Source: Syntrophales bacterium
GTDB lineage: Bacteria; Desulfobacterota; Syntrophia; Syntrophales; UBA2210
Assembly: GCA_028715865.1 (NCBI GenBank)
Contig: JAQUQY010000001.1
Location: 1-32,877 of the forward strand
DNA: 32,877 nt
Direction: 5' to 3'
Shown piece by piece: positions 1-8,436 of the stretch (within the stretch, counting starts at the first letter, position 1; the number at the start of each line of letters is the position of its first letter). The notes beneath the pieces were generated by a model. It did no database searches, was not told the DNA's origin, and saw nothing but the letters and a program-made list of their open reading frames with translations. The translations under genes were made by a program, and so were the position numbers.

Positions 1-335
1 CCTCCATAGGATATACCACGGCCATGTTCGTGGTCATGAACCTGAGAAAGTGGAACGCGCTCCCGGCCGATATTCAGAAGATTTTCGAGGAAGTGAGCGC
101 CGAATGGATTGAACGCCATGGGGCCGTATGGGACAAAGACGATGATGAGGGACGGGCCTATACACTGGAACTGGGGAACGAAATAATTCCTCTTTCGGGA
201 GGAGAAAGCGCCCGTTGGACTGAGGCCGTGAAGCCCATCCTTGACGAATACGTTGCAAACACTCAAAGCCAGGGTGTACCCGGTGAAGCCGCGCTGTCCG
301 AAGTACAGAAGCTCCTGGAGAAACACCGGAATTAG
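1..335 (+). CDS. TRAP transporter substrate-binding protein (DctP family), C-terminal fragment; the 5' end lies outside the window
   Basis: The reading frame is open from nt 3 ([14 protein letters not shown]...) with no stop. The translated tail is soluble and charged. It lies directly upstream of DctQ- and DctM-like genes, the canonical TRAP order. Confidence 0.7.
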   Translation, partial: SIGYTTAMFVVMNLRKWNALPADIQKIFEEVSAEWIERHGAVWDKDDDEGRAYTLELGNEIIPLSGGESARWTEAVKPILDEYVANTQSQGVPGEAALSEVQKLLEKHRN

Positions 336-390
336 CCATAGTTTAATATACCCTTGGGGAATATGTGGTTCGCCTGGGCGGGAGTAAAAC

Positions 391-876
391 ATGGTAAGAC
401 AGGAACAAATCCTGTTCAGGGCCGCCCAGGCAGTCAACTGGGTGGCTGCGGGAGCCGTTACGTCGATGATGCTTCTCGTGTCCGCCGACGTGGTATTGCG
501 TTTTTTCCGCTCCCCGATCCCGGGAGCTTATGACCTTGTGGGATTTCTTGCAACACTGGCCGTGTCTCTGTCTCTGTCCTACACGACCGTCACGAAAAGC
601 CACATCGCCGTAGAATTTCTCGTTGAAAAACTGCCAAGAAAAATAAGGCATGCCATTGATGCCCTCAATTCGCTGGTTGCGTTTATTCTCTTCCTGATCA
701 TAACCTGGCAGACAGCCCTTTACAGCCTTTACATGAGAAGTACCGGCGAAGTGTCAATGACTCTCAAGATTCCAGTGTATCCCTTTGTTCTCGGATTAAC
801 CGTAGGATGCGGATTCCTGTGTGTAATCCTTGCCTTTCAATTCTACACGTCTGTCAGGAGGGTCGCGAAGCTATGA
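391..876 (+). CDS. dctQ: TRAP transporter small permease subunit (DctQ family)
   Basis: 161 aa with about four hydrophobic helices. Its stop overlaps the next start (ATGA at 873-876). It sits between the binding-protein and large-permease genes. Confidence 0.8.
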   Translation: MVRQEQILFRAAQAVNWVAAGAVTSMMLLVSADVVLRFFRSPIPGAYDLVGFLATLAVSLSLSYTTVTKSHIAVEFLVEKLPRKIRHAIDALNSLVAFILFLIITWQTALYSLYMRSTGEVSMTLKIPVYPFVLGLTVGCGFLCVILAFQFYTSVRRVAKL

Positions 877-2171
877 CCCCAACGACAATAGGAATCATCG
901 GCATTATCTCACTTTTCGTACTGATTTTTTCGCGCATGCCCGTGGCTTTTGTCATGACAATCATAGGCTTCATCGGCTTTGGCTGGGTTATTAACTTCGA
1001 TGCCGCCATGAGTCTCGTAGTAAAGGATTTCTACACTGTCTTCGGATCTCATAGCCTCACCGTAGTTCCTCTCTTTGTCCTTATGGGACAGGTTGCTTTC
1101 CATTCAGGGATAAGCAAGCGTCTTTTCGACGCCGCCTACGTGTTTCTTGGCAACCAGCCTGGAGGCCTGGCCATGGCCACCATTGGGGCTTGTGCAGGTT
1201 TTTCTGCCATATGCGGTTCCACAAACGCCACGGCAGCGACCATGGGAGCCGTCACCCTGCCGGAGATGAAGCGGTTCAACTATAAACCCGAACTGGCAAC
1301 CGGAGTTGTAGCAGCAGGGGGAAGCCTGGGAATTCTTATTCCCCCCAGCGTCATATTCATCGTCTATGGTGTCATGACGCAGCAGTCCATCGGCAAGCTC
1401 TTTATGGCCGGCATAATTCCGGGAATCATTCTCACTGCATTGTTTATCGCCACCATTGCCATCTGGACCCGAATCAAGCCTGACCTTGGTCCACCGGGGC
1501 CCAAAACGTCAGTCCGGGAAAAAATTACCGCTCTATCAGGACTCGCGGAAGCTATTATCCTTTTCGTCATGGTCATGGGGGGACTTTTTGCGGGTATCTT
1601 CACGCCCACCGAAGCAGGCGGCGTTGGAGCCCTGGGAACGATTATACTGTCCCTTATCAAGCGCCAGTTAACCTGGAAGGGCTTCGTGGAATCTCTCATG
1701 GAAACCACCCGTATATCCTGCATGATCCTTCTAATTGTCGCCGGCGCCACAGTTTTCGGCCATTTCCTGGCAATCACCAGAATTCCCTTCGACATCGCAA
1801 ACTTGATATCTTCTTTAGCACTACCACCATGGGCTGTTATCATGCTGATTCTCATGGTCTACTTTATAGGAGGGTGCTTTATTGACTCCCTGGCCCTTAT
1901 TATGCTCACGGTTCCTATTTTTTATCCCGTTATCATGTCGCTTCAATACGATCCCATATGGTTCGGCGTCGTCATTGTTCTGGTAACGCAGATAGGCGTA
2001 ATAACGCCGCCCGTGGGAATCAATGTATATGTTGTCAGCGGTGTCGCGAGAGACGTGCCTCTTCAGACCATATTCAGGGGAGTTCTTCCCCTTCTCCTGG
2101 CGCTTATCATCGCCGTTCTTCTTCTTATTCCCTTCCCCGGGATCGCCCTCTGGCTCCCCGGACTCATGTAA
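873..2171 (+). CDS. dctM: TRAP transporter large permease subunit (DctM family)
   Basis: 432-aa polytopic membrane protein. I moved the start from the ORF-track position 807 to ATG 873 (MTPTTIGIIG...), which is translationally coupled to dctQ. Confidence 0.9.
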   Translation: MTPTTIGIIGIISLFVLIFSRMPVAFVMTIIGFIGFGWVINFDAAMSLVVKDFYTVFGSHSLTVVPLFVLMGQVAFHSGISKRLFDAAYVFLGNQPGGLAMATIGACAGFSAICGSTNATAATMGAVTLPEMKRFNYKPELATGVVAAGGSLGILIPPSVIFIVYGVMTQQSIGKLFMAGIIPGIILTALFIATIAIWTRIKPDLGPPGPKTSVREKITALSGLAEAIILFVMVMGGLFAGIFTPTEAGGVGALGTIILSLIKRQLTWKGFVESLMETTRISCMILLIVAGATVFGHFLAITRIPFDIANLISSLALPPWAVIMLILMVYFIGGCFIDSLALIMLTVPIFYPVIMSLQYDPIWFGVVIVLVTQIGVITPPVGINVYVVSGVARDVPLQTIFRGVLPLLLALIIAVLLLIPFPGIALWLPGLM

Positions 2172-2428
2172 AAAATCAGTCTCTCTCATTATTCCGGCTC
2201 GCCGGCCGGAAGAACATCTCATTTATCCTGTAATACATATACTTGTGGGTATTTTTATTCATAATACACCCACACCCATAAATTAGGGTTTATGGCTGTA
2301 CTACTGCTTAATCATCAAAAGCCTAATTTTTTTAGCTGCGCCATGCCTCCGGTGCATGAAAACCACGGAGTCAATGTGGTAAATCAGAGCAATATCTGGT
2401 ATCAACTGTTGCATAGTGTTGCCTGTCG

Positions 2429-3256
2429 GTGAAACTCACCGCCGAAGAAGACACAAATTATGGAGGCTCACCCAAGGTGGCGGCAGTTCACAGTCTTTCA
2501 AAAGCAGACATTATGGAGTTTGCTCTTCGGAAGCGCAATTCCGGGGAATTTTACGACATGAGCCTTGATCACCTGGAAGACAACTTTCGTGGATCCATTG
2601 GCCGCTTCTGCGACATCGCTATGGCTCTACGGGAATCGCCTCGCGTCCTTGATGCCGGCTCTGGAAACGGACTTTTGATGGCTCTTCTGAAAATGCTTGG
2701 TCACGAAGTCCACGCCGTCGATATTGTAGATCACAGTGCCGATGATCTCTACCGCAGGCACGGTATTCCTTTTTCTATCTGCAATATAGAGGCGGACACG
2801 TTTCCCTTCGACATGGAATCCATTGATGCCGTGACCTGCTGCCAGGCTCTTGAACACTTCACCCACTCACACCTGTCCCCGGTATTGGAAATGAAGCGTG
2901 TTTTAAAAACTGGAGGCATCCTGGAAATCGATGTTCCGAACGCCGTCTGTTTTCGCAATAGAAGCCGCATGCTGAGGGGGAAAAACATTACTTTCGACTA
3001 CCACCAGCACTATCTCTACGCGAAACCGGTAGTTTACAAGGGCCGGGAATACTACCCTGAGAGACACAATCGTGAATTTACCAAGGCGGAAATGGAGCTT
3101 CTGCTCCGGGAAGCCGGTTTCAGGGATATTGAAGTGCGGTTTCTGAAGTCCCGGCGCTATAGAACGGGACTGGACCGTATCCGTTCACTTGGGACGGCAC
3201 TTAGAGATGCCATTCCCTCCTTAAGAAAATCGCTTATCGCATTTGCCAGGAAGTAA
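2429..3256 (+). CDS. Class I SAM-dependent methyltransferase
   Basis: Motif I VLDAGSGNGLL followed by an acidic residue (HAVDI), plus a post-I/II region (DAVTCCQALEHF). The ORF start is GTG 2429; ATG 2513 is an alternative. Confidence 0.75.
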   Translation: MKLTAEEDTNYGGSPKVAAVHSLSKADIMEFALRKRNSGEFYDMSLDHLEDNFRGSIGRFCDIAMALRESPRVLDAGSGNGLLMALLKMLGHEVHAVDIVDHSADDLYRRHGIPFSICNIEADTFPFDMESIDAVTCCQALEHFTHSHLSPVLEMKRVLKTGGILEIDVPNAVCFRNRSRMLRGKNITFDYHQHYLYAKPVVYKGREYYPERHNREFTKAEMELLLREAGFRDIEVRFLKSRRYRTGLDRIRSLGTALRDAIPSLRKSLIAFARK

Positions 3257-3320
3257 AAAGAAACCCGCGCCTCCTACGGCAGCCATTTATCTGGAAGCAA
3301 ACAGAATGACGCCGATACAT

Positions 3321-3348
3321 ATATGATTCTTCGCTTTGAGAATCATAT
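3321..3348. terminator. Perfect 10-bp inverted repeat (ATATGATTCT / AGAATCATAT, 8-nt loop) between convergent genes; possible bidirectional terminator
   Basis: Seen directly in the sequence. It lies between the stops at 3256 (+) and 3386 (-). There is no flanking U-tract, so terminator function is uncertain. Confidence 0.3.
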
Positions 3349-3385
3349 TGCAGGCTTAATCGATTGGAAGAGGCGGGAAATCGAA

Positions 3386-3784
3386 TCAGTCAAAGTCGAT
3401 GTAAATAACTCCATTTTTAATAAAGTAGGGTGAACCTTCTCCGTCACGGTTGATGTAATAGCCTTCCCCGCTCATAAATATTTGGTCTTCTGAAACTCTT
3501 TGAATCAGTTTCTCGATGGTTTGTGGCATGACGCCCCGCTGTTCCTGAAGTATCTTCAGTTTCTCATCAAAATAAACATTGAAACATCGAACGGCATCCC
3601 GCTTGTCCTCAACGGGCTGGAAGCATTCGAATTCTTTCACGAATTCACCGCAATATGCCGTCTCACCCATTGACGGTACGCAGGTAATTAGCATGAGTAT
3701 AAAAACAAGAAAGGCTACTCTTAGATGTCTCAATGTTCCGTAAGCACCGAATGCCATGGTCAGCTTTCCTTTGCCTTTTTTCAT
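3386..3784 (-). CDS. Hypothetical secreted protein or lipoprotein
   Basis: ATG 3784 is preceded by AAGGAG. The N-terminus MKKGKGK... has a hydrophobic stretch and a lipobox-like LITC. No recognisable domain. The longer ORF reaching 3895 lacks an RBS. Confidence 0.5.
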   Translation of the reverse strand: MKKGKGKLTMAFGAYGTLRHLRVAFLVFILMLITCVPSMGETAYCGEFVKEFECFQPVEDKRDAVRCFNVYFDEKLKILQEQRGVMPQTIEKLIQRVSEDQIFMSGEGYYINRDGEGSPYFIKNGVIYIDFD

Positions 3785-4039
3785 ATAAACTCCTTTGTTG
3801 CTCAATGCTTGCATAGCATCAGGAATAAATCCGGATTGATTACATGCAGCAAAAAAATACAACCCTTGATCCGCGGCATTTTCGCGACCACCCATTGAAC
3901 GGTTCCTGTAATTATACCAGGAACTCCTTTAAGACAAGAAGCCAACACGGAACCATACCCATTTGAGGCGATCAGAGCAGAAAGATTCTTCCATTCACAT
4001 CACACCCCTTAAAAAAGATTTAAAATCCCTCATAAATGC

Positions 4040-4068
4040 TTGAAAATGATTTCTCGATACATTATACA
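4040..4068 (+). promoter_or_regulatory. Candidate sigma-70 promoter (TTGAAA - 17 nt - TATACA) upstream of the PagL-like gene
   Basis: Hexamers and spacing read directly from the sequence. It is bracketed by two TTTAAAATCC copies exactly 60 bp apart (4019-4028 and 4079-4088). Confidence 0.3.
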
Positions 4069-4114
4069 TTCCGACATCTTTAAAATCCATTGTTCCAGCA
4101 AATAAGGAGGCTCA

Positions 4115-4663
4115 GTGAAAACTGCCGGGTCACGCTCAATGTATGTCGTGATGTTTCTTCTAGCATTCATAGCCTCACTTTCATCCACAGCCTTCGGTGC
4201 GGATGCCGCTTATGAAATCACCGTCGGAGCGGGGTCTTCCCTTAACGAAGGGATTAATTCAAGGCAGGTGCTGATAACTCCAGCCTTGAAATGGACCACA
4301 AATAATGAACCATCGATTCAGTTCCGCCTTGAAGGCAACTTCGAGGCAATCTATTACAATGGAAAGATGACCGTCCTGGCCGGTATAGCTCCTATGATTC
4401 GATTATTCCTCTTTCCCTATGAAAAAGGACCCTTTATAGAGGGAGGAGCGGGCCTTAATTACATAAGCCGGCTTTCAATCGGGCACAGGGATCTGGGAGG
4501 CTCCATGATTTTCAGCCCCATGGCGGGAGCCGGATATGGATTTTCCTGGAATGGAAAGCCCCTGATTCTTTCTTTACGTTACCGGCACATTTCCAACGCC
4601 GGTCTGTACTCAAAAAACGATGGTTTTGATTCCCTCTATCTTATGACATCCATACCGTTTTAA
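4115..4663 (+). CDS. Acyloxyacyl hydrolase / lipid A deacylase-like outer-membrane beta-barrel (PagL family)
   Basis: GTG start with an AAGGAGG RBS. It has a signal peptide, alternating beta-strand-like pattern and a C-terminal aromatic residue (…SIPF). The H-x-S-N motif (RHISNAG) matches the PagL-family catalytic His/Ser as I recall it. Confidence 0.7.
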   Translation: MKTAGSRSMYVVMFLLAFIASLSSTAFGADAAYEITVGAGSSLNEGINSRQVLITPALKWTTNNEPSIQFRLEGNFEAIYYNGKMTVLAGIAPMIRLFLFPYEKGPFIEGGAGLNYISRLSIGHRDLGGSMIFSPMAGAGYGFSWNGKPLILSLRYRHISNAGLYSKNDGFDSLYLMTSIPF

Positions 4664-4676
4664 TTGGGAGAAGGAA

Positions 4677-5102
4677 ATGAAAAGGCTTATTGCGGGGTTT
4701 TGCCTGATTCTGTTGCTGACAGGAAACGCCTGGGCCGGCGAGGGAGAAACTGTCGTCACTCATGTGTTGTCAAAAACCAGCGAAAGCTGGAACGGCTCGC
4801 CGCTGCCCCCCTATCCGGCGGACACGCCGGAAATTACAATCCTGAGAATAGAAATCCCCCCCGGCGCCGTTCTGCCAATGCATTCCCATCCGGTGATTAA
4901 CGCGGGAGTGCTCCTGCGCGGAGAATTGACGGTAGTGACTGATGAGGGGTCAATACTTAATCTGAAGTCGGGGGAAGCCATCGTGGAAGTTGTGGACACC
5001 TGGCACTACGGAACAAACAAGGGCTCCGAAACATCCGAAATAATCGTTTTTTACGCTGGCGTCGCTGGTAAGCCAATAACCGTCCTCCACCGCGATGAAT
5101 AA
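4677..5102 (+). CDS. Secreted cupin-domain protein
   Basis: Signal peptide ([20 protein letters not shown]). Cupin motif 1 is [17 protein letters not shown], with a second His-containing strand (VDTWHYGTN). Confidence 0.75.
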   Translation: MKRLIAGFCLILLLTGNAWAGEGETVVTHVLSKTSESWNGSPLPPYPADTPEITILRIEIPPGAVLPMHSHPVINAGVLLRGELTVVTDEGSILNLKSGEAIVEVVDTWHYGTNKGSETSEIIVFYAGVAGKPITVLHRDE

Positions 5103-5153
5103 GAAAAATCTAGTCACTCGCAGATCCCAGAATCATGATCAGGAAGCAACTAA

Positions 5154-5873
5154 TTAGAGGATTTCAACTGCCACCTGGGTGCCTTTACGAATATACCCTA
5201 TATAGCAGAATTCAATTTGATGCCTCTCAGTAAACTCCATAAATGCCTTGTATTCATGTTCTACCCATCCAGGGTAGTTATAGTACTCATCGAAAACAAT
5301 GATTGTCCCGGTTACAATCATCTCCCTCAAACCCTCAAGTATTGTCACCGTGGAGCTGTAAAGGTCGCTGTCATTGTGAATGAAGGCAACTTTTTCGCCC
5401 GCATGATCCTTAACAAAAAGGGGCAATGTCTGGTCAAAAAAACCCTTGATTAAAGTGACGTTGCCCCTCACCTTTGGAAGACGGCCCCCCGTGTCAAATG
5501 CTCCTGACCGGCTTCCCATAGTCCAGGTTTCGGGCAATCCGACAAAAGAATCAAAGCCGAAAAAATGTCTTTCCCGTTGCAGCTTGGCCAGCAAATTTAT
5601 TGAATCCCCCTTGTAAACACCGAACTCAAGGCAAAGACCATCGGGAATGTTTTTGTTAAAACAGTATGAAAAGAGCTTTTCTCGCGTTTTGAAGTCCGGC
5701 ACATTTTTAAAATGTTCCCTCTCAAATTCCAAAGTGAGTTTCACAGATTCAACAGTGGCAATTATATCCATGTTCTGAAGCACGCTATAGGCGCAGGTCG
5801 CGAGAAAGCGGTCAAGTGTTTTACGCAACACATAATTAAACTTGGCAGCCAATTCCCTTAATAATATCTGCAA
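5154..5873 (-). CDS. Class I SAM-dependent O-methyltransferase, TylF/MycF-like
   Basis: FGVYKGDSINLL (SAM-binding loop) and FIHNDSDLYSST (metal/acidic motif) are typical of the TylF family. TTG start at 5873; ATG 5771 is an alternative. The gene is about 38-40% GC, below the backbone. Confidence 0.65.
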   Translation of the reverse strand: MQILLRELAAKFNYVLRKTLDRFLATCAYSVLQNMDIIATVESVKLTLEFEREHFKNVPDFKTREKLFSYCFNKNIPDGLCLEFGVYKGDSINLLAKLQRERHFFGFDSFVGLPETWTMGSRSGAFDTGGRLPKVRGNVTLIKGFFDQTLPLFVKDHAGEKVAFIHNDSDLYSSTVTILEGLREMIVTGTIIVFDEYYNYPGWVEHEYKAFMEFTERHQIEFCYIGYIRKGTQVAVEIL

Positions 5874-6090
5874 TGTAACCCCTCCCTCTCAGTTGACCCT
5901 GCAGTAACTTTATCTGTTCGCACTCGAGCGTATAAAGCAACCCTTTAATATAATAAGCATATCGCAATTCCATAAGTTCTATTAATTCCATTTGTTTCCT
6001 TTGTTTACTAAGGACCCAAGCACGCTCTTATCACAAATTTATCATAGTGTGTCAACGCTTCTAATTCTTATACTTATTGGATTTATGGCA

Positions 6091-6230
6091 TGAACCGCCC
6101 CGGGATTGCCGGAGACTTCATTCTGTGAGAGGGTGGAGTCATGAAAGCACAAAGCAGGTATTCCCCTGAAGTCAGAGAGAGGGCGGTTCGAATGGTATTT
6201 GACCATGAGCGTGAGCACGAGTCTCAGTGG
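6091..6230 (+). mobile_element. Truncated left end of an IS3-family (IS51/IS6110-like) insertion sequence: terminal inverted repeat plus the first 30 codons of orfA
   Basis: TGAACCGCCCCGGGATTGCCGGAGACTTC closely resembles the IS6110 28-bp IR as I recall it (TGAACCGCCCCGGCATGTCCGGAGACTC). ATG 6141 encodes MKAQSRYSPEVRERAVRMVFDHEREHESQW, compared with IS6110 OrfA ...RRYPPELRERAVRMVAEIRGQHDSEW. Similarity stops near 6230. Confidence 0.75.
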
Positions 6231-7504
6231 TCACAGATATTGTCGCCTGTCCGGAGCGTTCCTGCCATGTAATCGCCCACCAACCGCTCCGGCGTTTCAG
6301 GTGGAGCGCCGACCACCACGTCGATGCCCTGTTCTGTGAAAAGGCCTTGGGCCCGCTGGCCCATGCCTCCGGCTATTATAAGGTTGGCTCCCCGCTCCGC
6401 CAGCCATGGTGGCAGAAGCCCAGGCTGGTGAGGGGGAGCTTCCACGTCTTCCCGCCCGATGATTTTTTTCTCTACCGGATCGACATCGATAAGAGCAAAC
6501 TGTTCACAGTGCCCGAAATGCATGGAAAGTTTGCCCTTTGCCATGGGAATCGCAATCCGCATATGTTTGTCCTCCTTTTCAATTCCCGTCTCAACTGGTT
6601 TTTCCAAAACGTCCTTCTCGTCCAGTGCCAATATGGGACTCATTATGGCTGCCATGATGCCTGCTGTTGGATTCGAGGCGTAGTGCCGAACAAAAACACG
6701 CCCTTTGTCGGCGGCTTCAGCAACCTCCGAATCCATGGGAATGGAACCGAGAAATGGCACGCCCATGTCCTCGGCGATACTTTTTCCGGCGCCGGAACTA
6801 AGGATATGCGTTACTTCACCACACTTCGGACAAATGAAGCCGCTCATGTTCTCCACAACCCCAAGTAACGGTACGTTGAGCTGACGGCAAAAAGTAATGG
6901 ATTTTCGGACGTCCACCGCCGAGAGCTTCTGGGGGGTGGTGACAACGACGGCTCCGTCAAGTTGTCCTATTATCTGGCAGACCGAAAGAGGTTCGTCACC
7001 TGTCCCGGGAGGAGAATCTATTACGAGGTAATCCAGATCCTCCCAAACCACATCCATAAGAAATTGCTTGATAACACCCATTTTCATCGGACCACGCCAG
7101 ATAACCGCGTCATCGGGATTCCGAAGCAGCAGTCCAAGGGACATTACCTTCATGCCTCCAACGTCAACAGGGAGAAATCCTTCTTCGCAACTTTTGATCG
7201 TCGCGCCATCCAGACCCGGCATGGTTGGAATGCTCGGACCATGTATATCAACATCGAGAAGACCGACTTTTTTCCCCGACAGCATGAGAGTAGTTGCCAG
7301 ATTCACAGCCACTGTACTTTTGCCTACGCCTCCCTTGCCTGAGAGCACAACCACCTTGTGCCTTATGCGGCATAGCCGTGACTCCAATTTTTGCCTTTCC
7401 TGAAAATCCCGGTCGCTTTCACCATCCTTCCGCTGGGAGGTAGAGCAATCCCGGTCGGAACAGCTGCCGCATGAGTCAGCGCCTGCCGAGGCCCCTTCGA
7501 TCAT
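6224..7504 (-). CDS. Mrp/NBP35-family Fe-S cluster carrier ATPase fused to a C-terminal NifB/NifX-type (dinitrogenase FeMo-cofactor-binding-like) domain
   Basis: Deviant Walker A VVLSGKGGVGKST and an ICPKCG motif typical of Mrp/ApbC. The C-terminal 120 aa (MRIAIPMAKGKLSMHFGHCEQFALIDV...IIAGGMGQRAQ) are NifX/NifB-like. Its start overlaps the upstream stop (ATGA). Confidence 0.85.
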   Translation of the reverse strand: MIEGASAGADSCGSCSDRDCSTSQRKDGESDRDFQERQKLESRLCRIRHKVVVLSGKGGVGKSTVAVNLATTLMLSGKKVGLLDVDIHGPSIPTMPGLDGATIKSCEEGFLPVDVGGMKVMSLGLLLRNPDDAVIWRGPMKMGVIKQFLMDVVWEDLDYLVIDSPPGTGDEPLSVCQIIGQLDGAVVVTTPQKLSAVDVRKSITFCRQLNVPLLGVVENMSGFICPKCGEVTHILSSGAGKSIAEDMGVPFLGSIPMDSEVAEAADKGRVFVRHYASNPTAGIMAAIMSPILALDEKDVLEKPVETGIEKEDKHMRIAIPMAKGKLSMHFGHCEQFALIDVDPVEKKIIGREDVEAPPHQPGLLPPWLAERGANLIIAGGMGQRAQGLFTEQGIDVVVGAPPETPERLVGDYMAGTLRTGDNICDH

Positions 7505-7773
7505 GCCCAGTGCCCTTCCACGTCGGGAGCCTTTGCCTCCTCCAGACGTCCTGACCGGTATTCTTCCAGCGCCTCGGCTACCGTCCCGGCGCTGGTGTTG
7601 AAAACTGCAATCCCAGCCGCCGTAAGAACACGAAATGCCTTCGGACCGCAGTGACCCGTAACGAGAGCCTTCGCGCCCGTCCCCGCAACTGTTTGCGCCG
7701 ATTGAATTCCGGCCCCTTGGGCCGCGTTAAGATTCTGCCGGTTGTCTATCACTTCGAAGGCGTCACTTTCCAT
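7501..7773 (-). CDS. NifB/NifX-family small protein; this is the uninterrupted part downstream of an in-frame TGA (the full gene appears to be 7501-7863)
   Basis: NLNAAQGAGIQ...TGHCGPKAF...EGHWA matches the small NifX-like family. The ORF track starts it at an internal Met. Confidence 0.75.
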   Translation of the reverse strand: MESDAFEVIDNRQNLNAAQGAGIQSAQTVAGTGAKALVTGHCGPKAFRVLTAAGIAVFNTSAGTVAEALEEYRSGRLEEAKAPDVEGHWA

Positions 7774-7863
7774 GTCATATACCAGAAACTTCGCCGCCCG
7801 ACCGAAACGTCAGTCCAGCGGAGCCTTAAGATCGTCACCTGATGATGTAAATGCTATTTTCAC
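7774..7863 (-). other. N-terminal 30 codons of the NifX-like gene (GTG 7863 with a GGAGG RBS), in frame with 7501-7773 but containing TGA at 7810-7812
   Basis: Hand translation gives VKIAFTSSGDDLKAPLD*RFGRAAKFLVYDM. This is the conserved N-terminus of the family (MKIA...DPRFGRA), with GGAGG 9 nt upstream of the GTG. Confidence 0.7.
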
Positions 7864-8002
7864 CTGTACATGCCTCCTCACGTGCATCTGTGGTTCATTT
7901 ATGAATGACCGCGCCATCTTCATGGAAAGGGCGCGGCAGCTCATCCTCACAACATACAACTACACGAAGGTTAAGCCGTTCATCTAAAAAGTTTCGAGAT
8001 TA

Positions 8003-8314
8003 TCAGTCCGTCGCGTTTCCGGCTTCAAGCTCGGCAAGACGCTTCCTTATGCTTTCCAGTTCGACCTGCAGGACATCCGCCTGGTTCCTGAGCGCCTGTT
8101 TTTCCATCTCAGGTTCCGGTTCCTGATATGGAGCCGCATGGCCGTAAGGCGCCGCGTAACGGCCGAAGCTACCCCAGCCGGGGAAAACGCCGGCAGTGAC
8201 CATGTCTCGCCATCGGAATCCTGCTCCTCCAAATCCTCTTCCCCGGGTTCCACGTTCTCTGCCGAAGCCCATTCCATAGTTTCTTCCTGGAACGGGATTG
8301 GCGTATCCCGGCAT
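8003..8314 (-). CDS. DUF5320-family protein (Gly/Arg-rich N-terminus, C-terminal coiled coil)
   Basis: MPGYANPVPGRNYGMGFGRERGTRGRGFGG... followed by EMEKQALRNQADVLQVELESIRKRLAELE. This is the architecture and gene neighbourhood (NifX-like plus Mrp) I associate with DUF5320. The ORF could also start at 8347. Confidence 0.6.
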   Translation of the reverse strand: MPGYANPVPGRNYGMGFGRERGTRGRGFGGAGFRWRDMVTAGVFPGWGSFGRYAAPYGHAAPYQEPEPEMEKQALRNQADVLQVELESIRKRLAELEAGNATD

Positions 8315-8436
8315 TGCGAAAACATCCCGCTCGAGACTGTTCGCCATCCAGGCGCTTATTGCCTCGCCCAGATCACCGGCAACAACTGAATGCTGTTCTC
8401 ATTCTCCGGGCCTTTTTGTCCTTTGCCCCATAACAC

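Noticed and set aside
807-872. N-terminal extension of dctM in the ORF track (MRIPVCNPCLSILHVCQEGREA).
   Set aside because: It overlaps the dctQ coding end. ATG 873 forms the ATGA coupling junction and begins the hydrophobic DctM N-terminus.
1364-1855. 163-aa minus-strand ORF inside dctM. Similar long antisense or out-of-frame ORFs occur at 6227-7403, 16718-17815, 20815-21968, 22812-23652, 24397-24867, 25329-26369, 27718-28263 and 28403-28870.
   Set aside because: All lie entirely within confidently identified genes on the opposite strand or in another frame. Their translations are low-complexity and Arg/Ser/Pro-rich, typical of shadow ORFs in GC-rich coding DNA, and they lack RBS signals.
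2192-2211. TTCCGGC / GCCGGAA hairpin after dctM as a terminator.
   Set aside because: The 7-bp stem is real, but no U-tract follows. The evidence is too weak to list as a feature.
4664-4900. 78-aa ORF overlapping the cupin gene in another frame.
   Set aside because: The cupin frame has a signal peptide, an RBS (GGAGAAGGAAATG context) and a recognisable domain. The alternative frame is Arg-rich nonsense.
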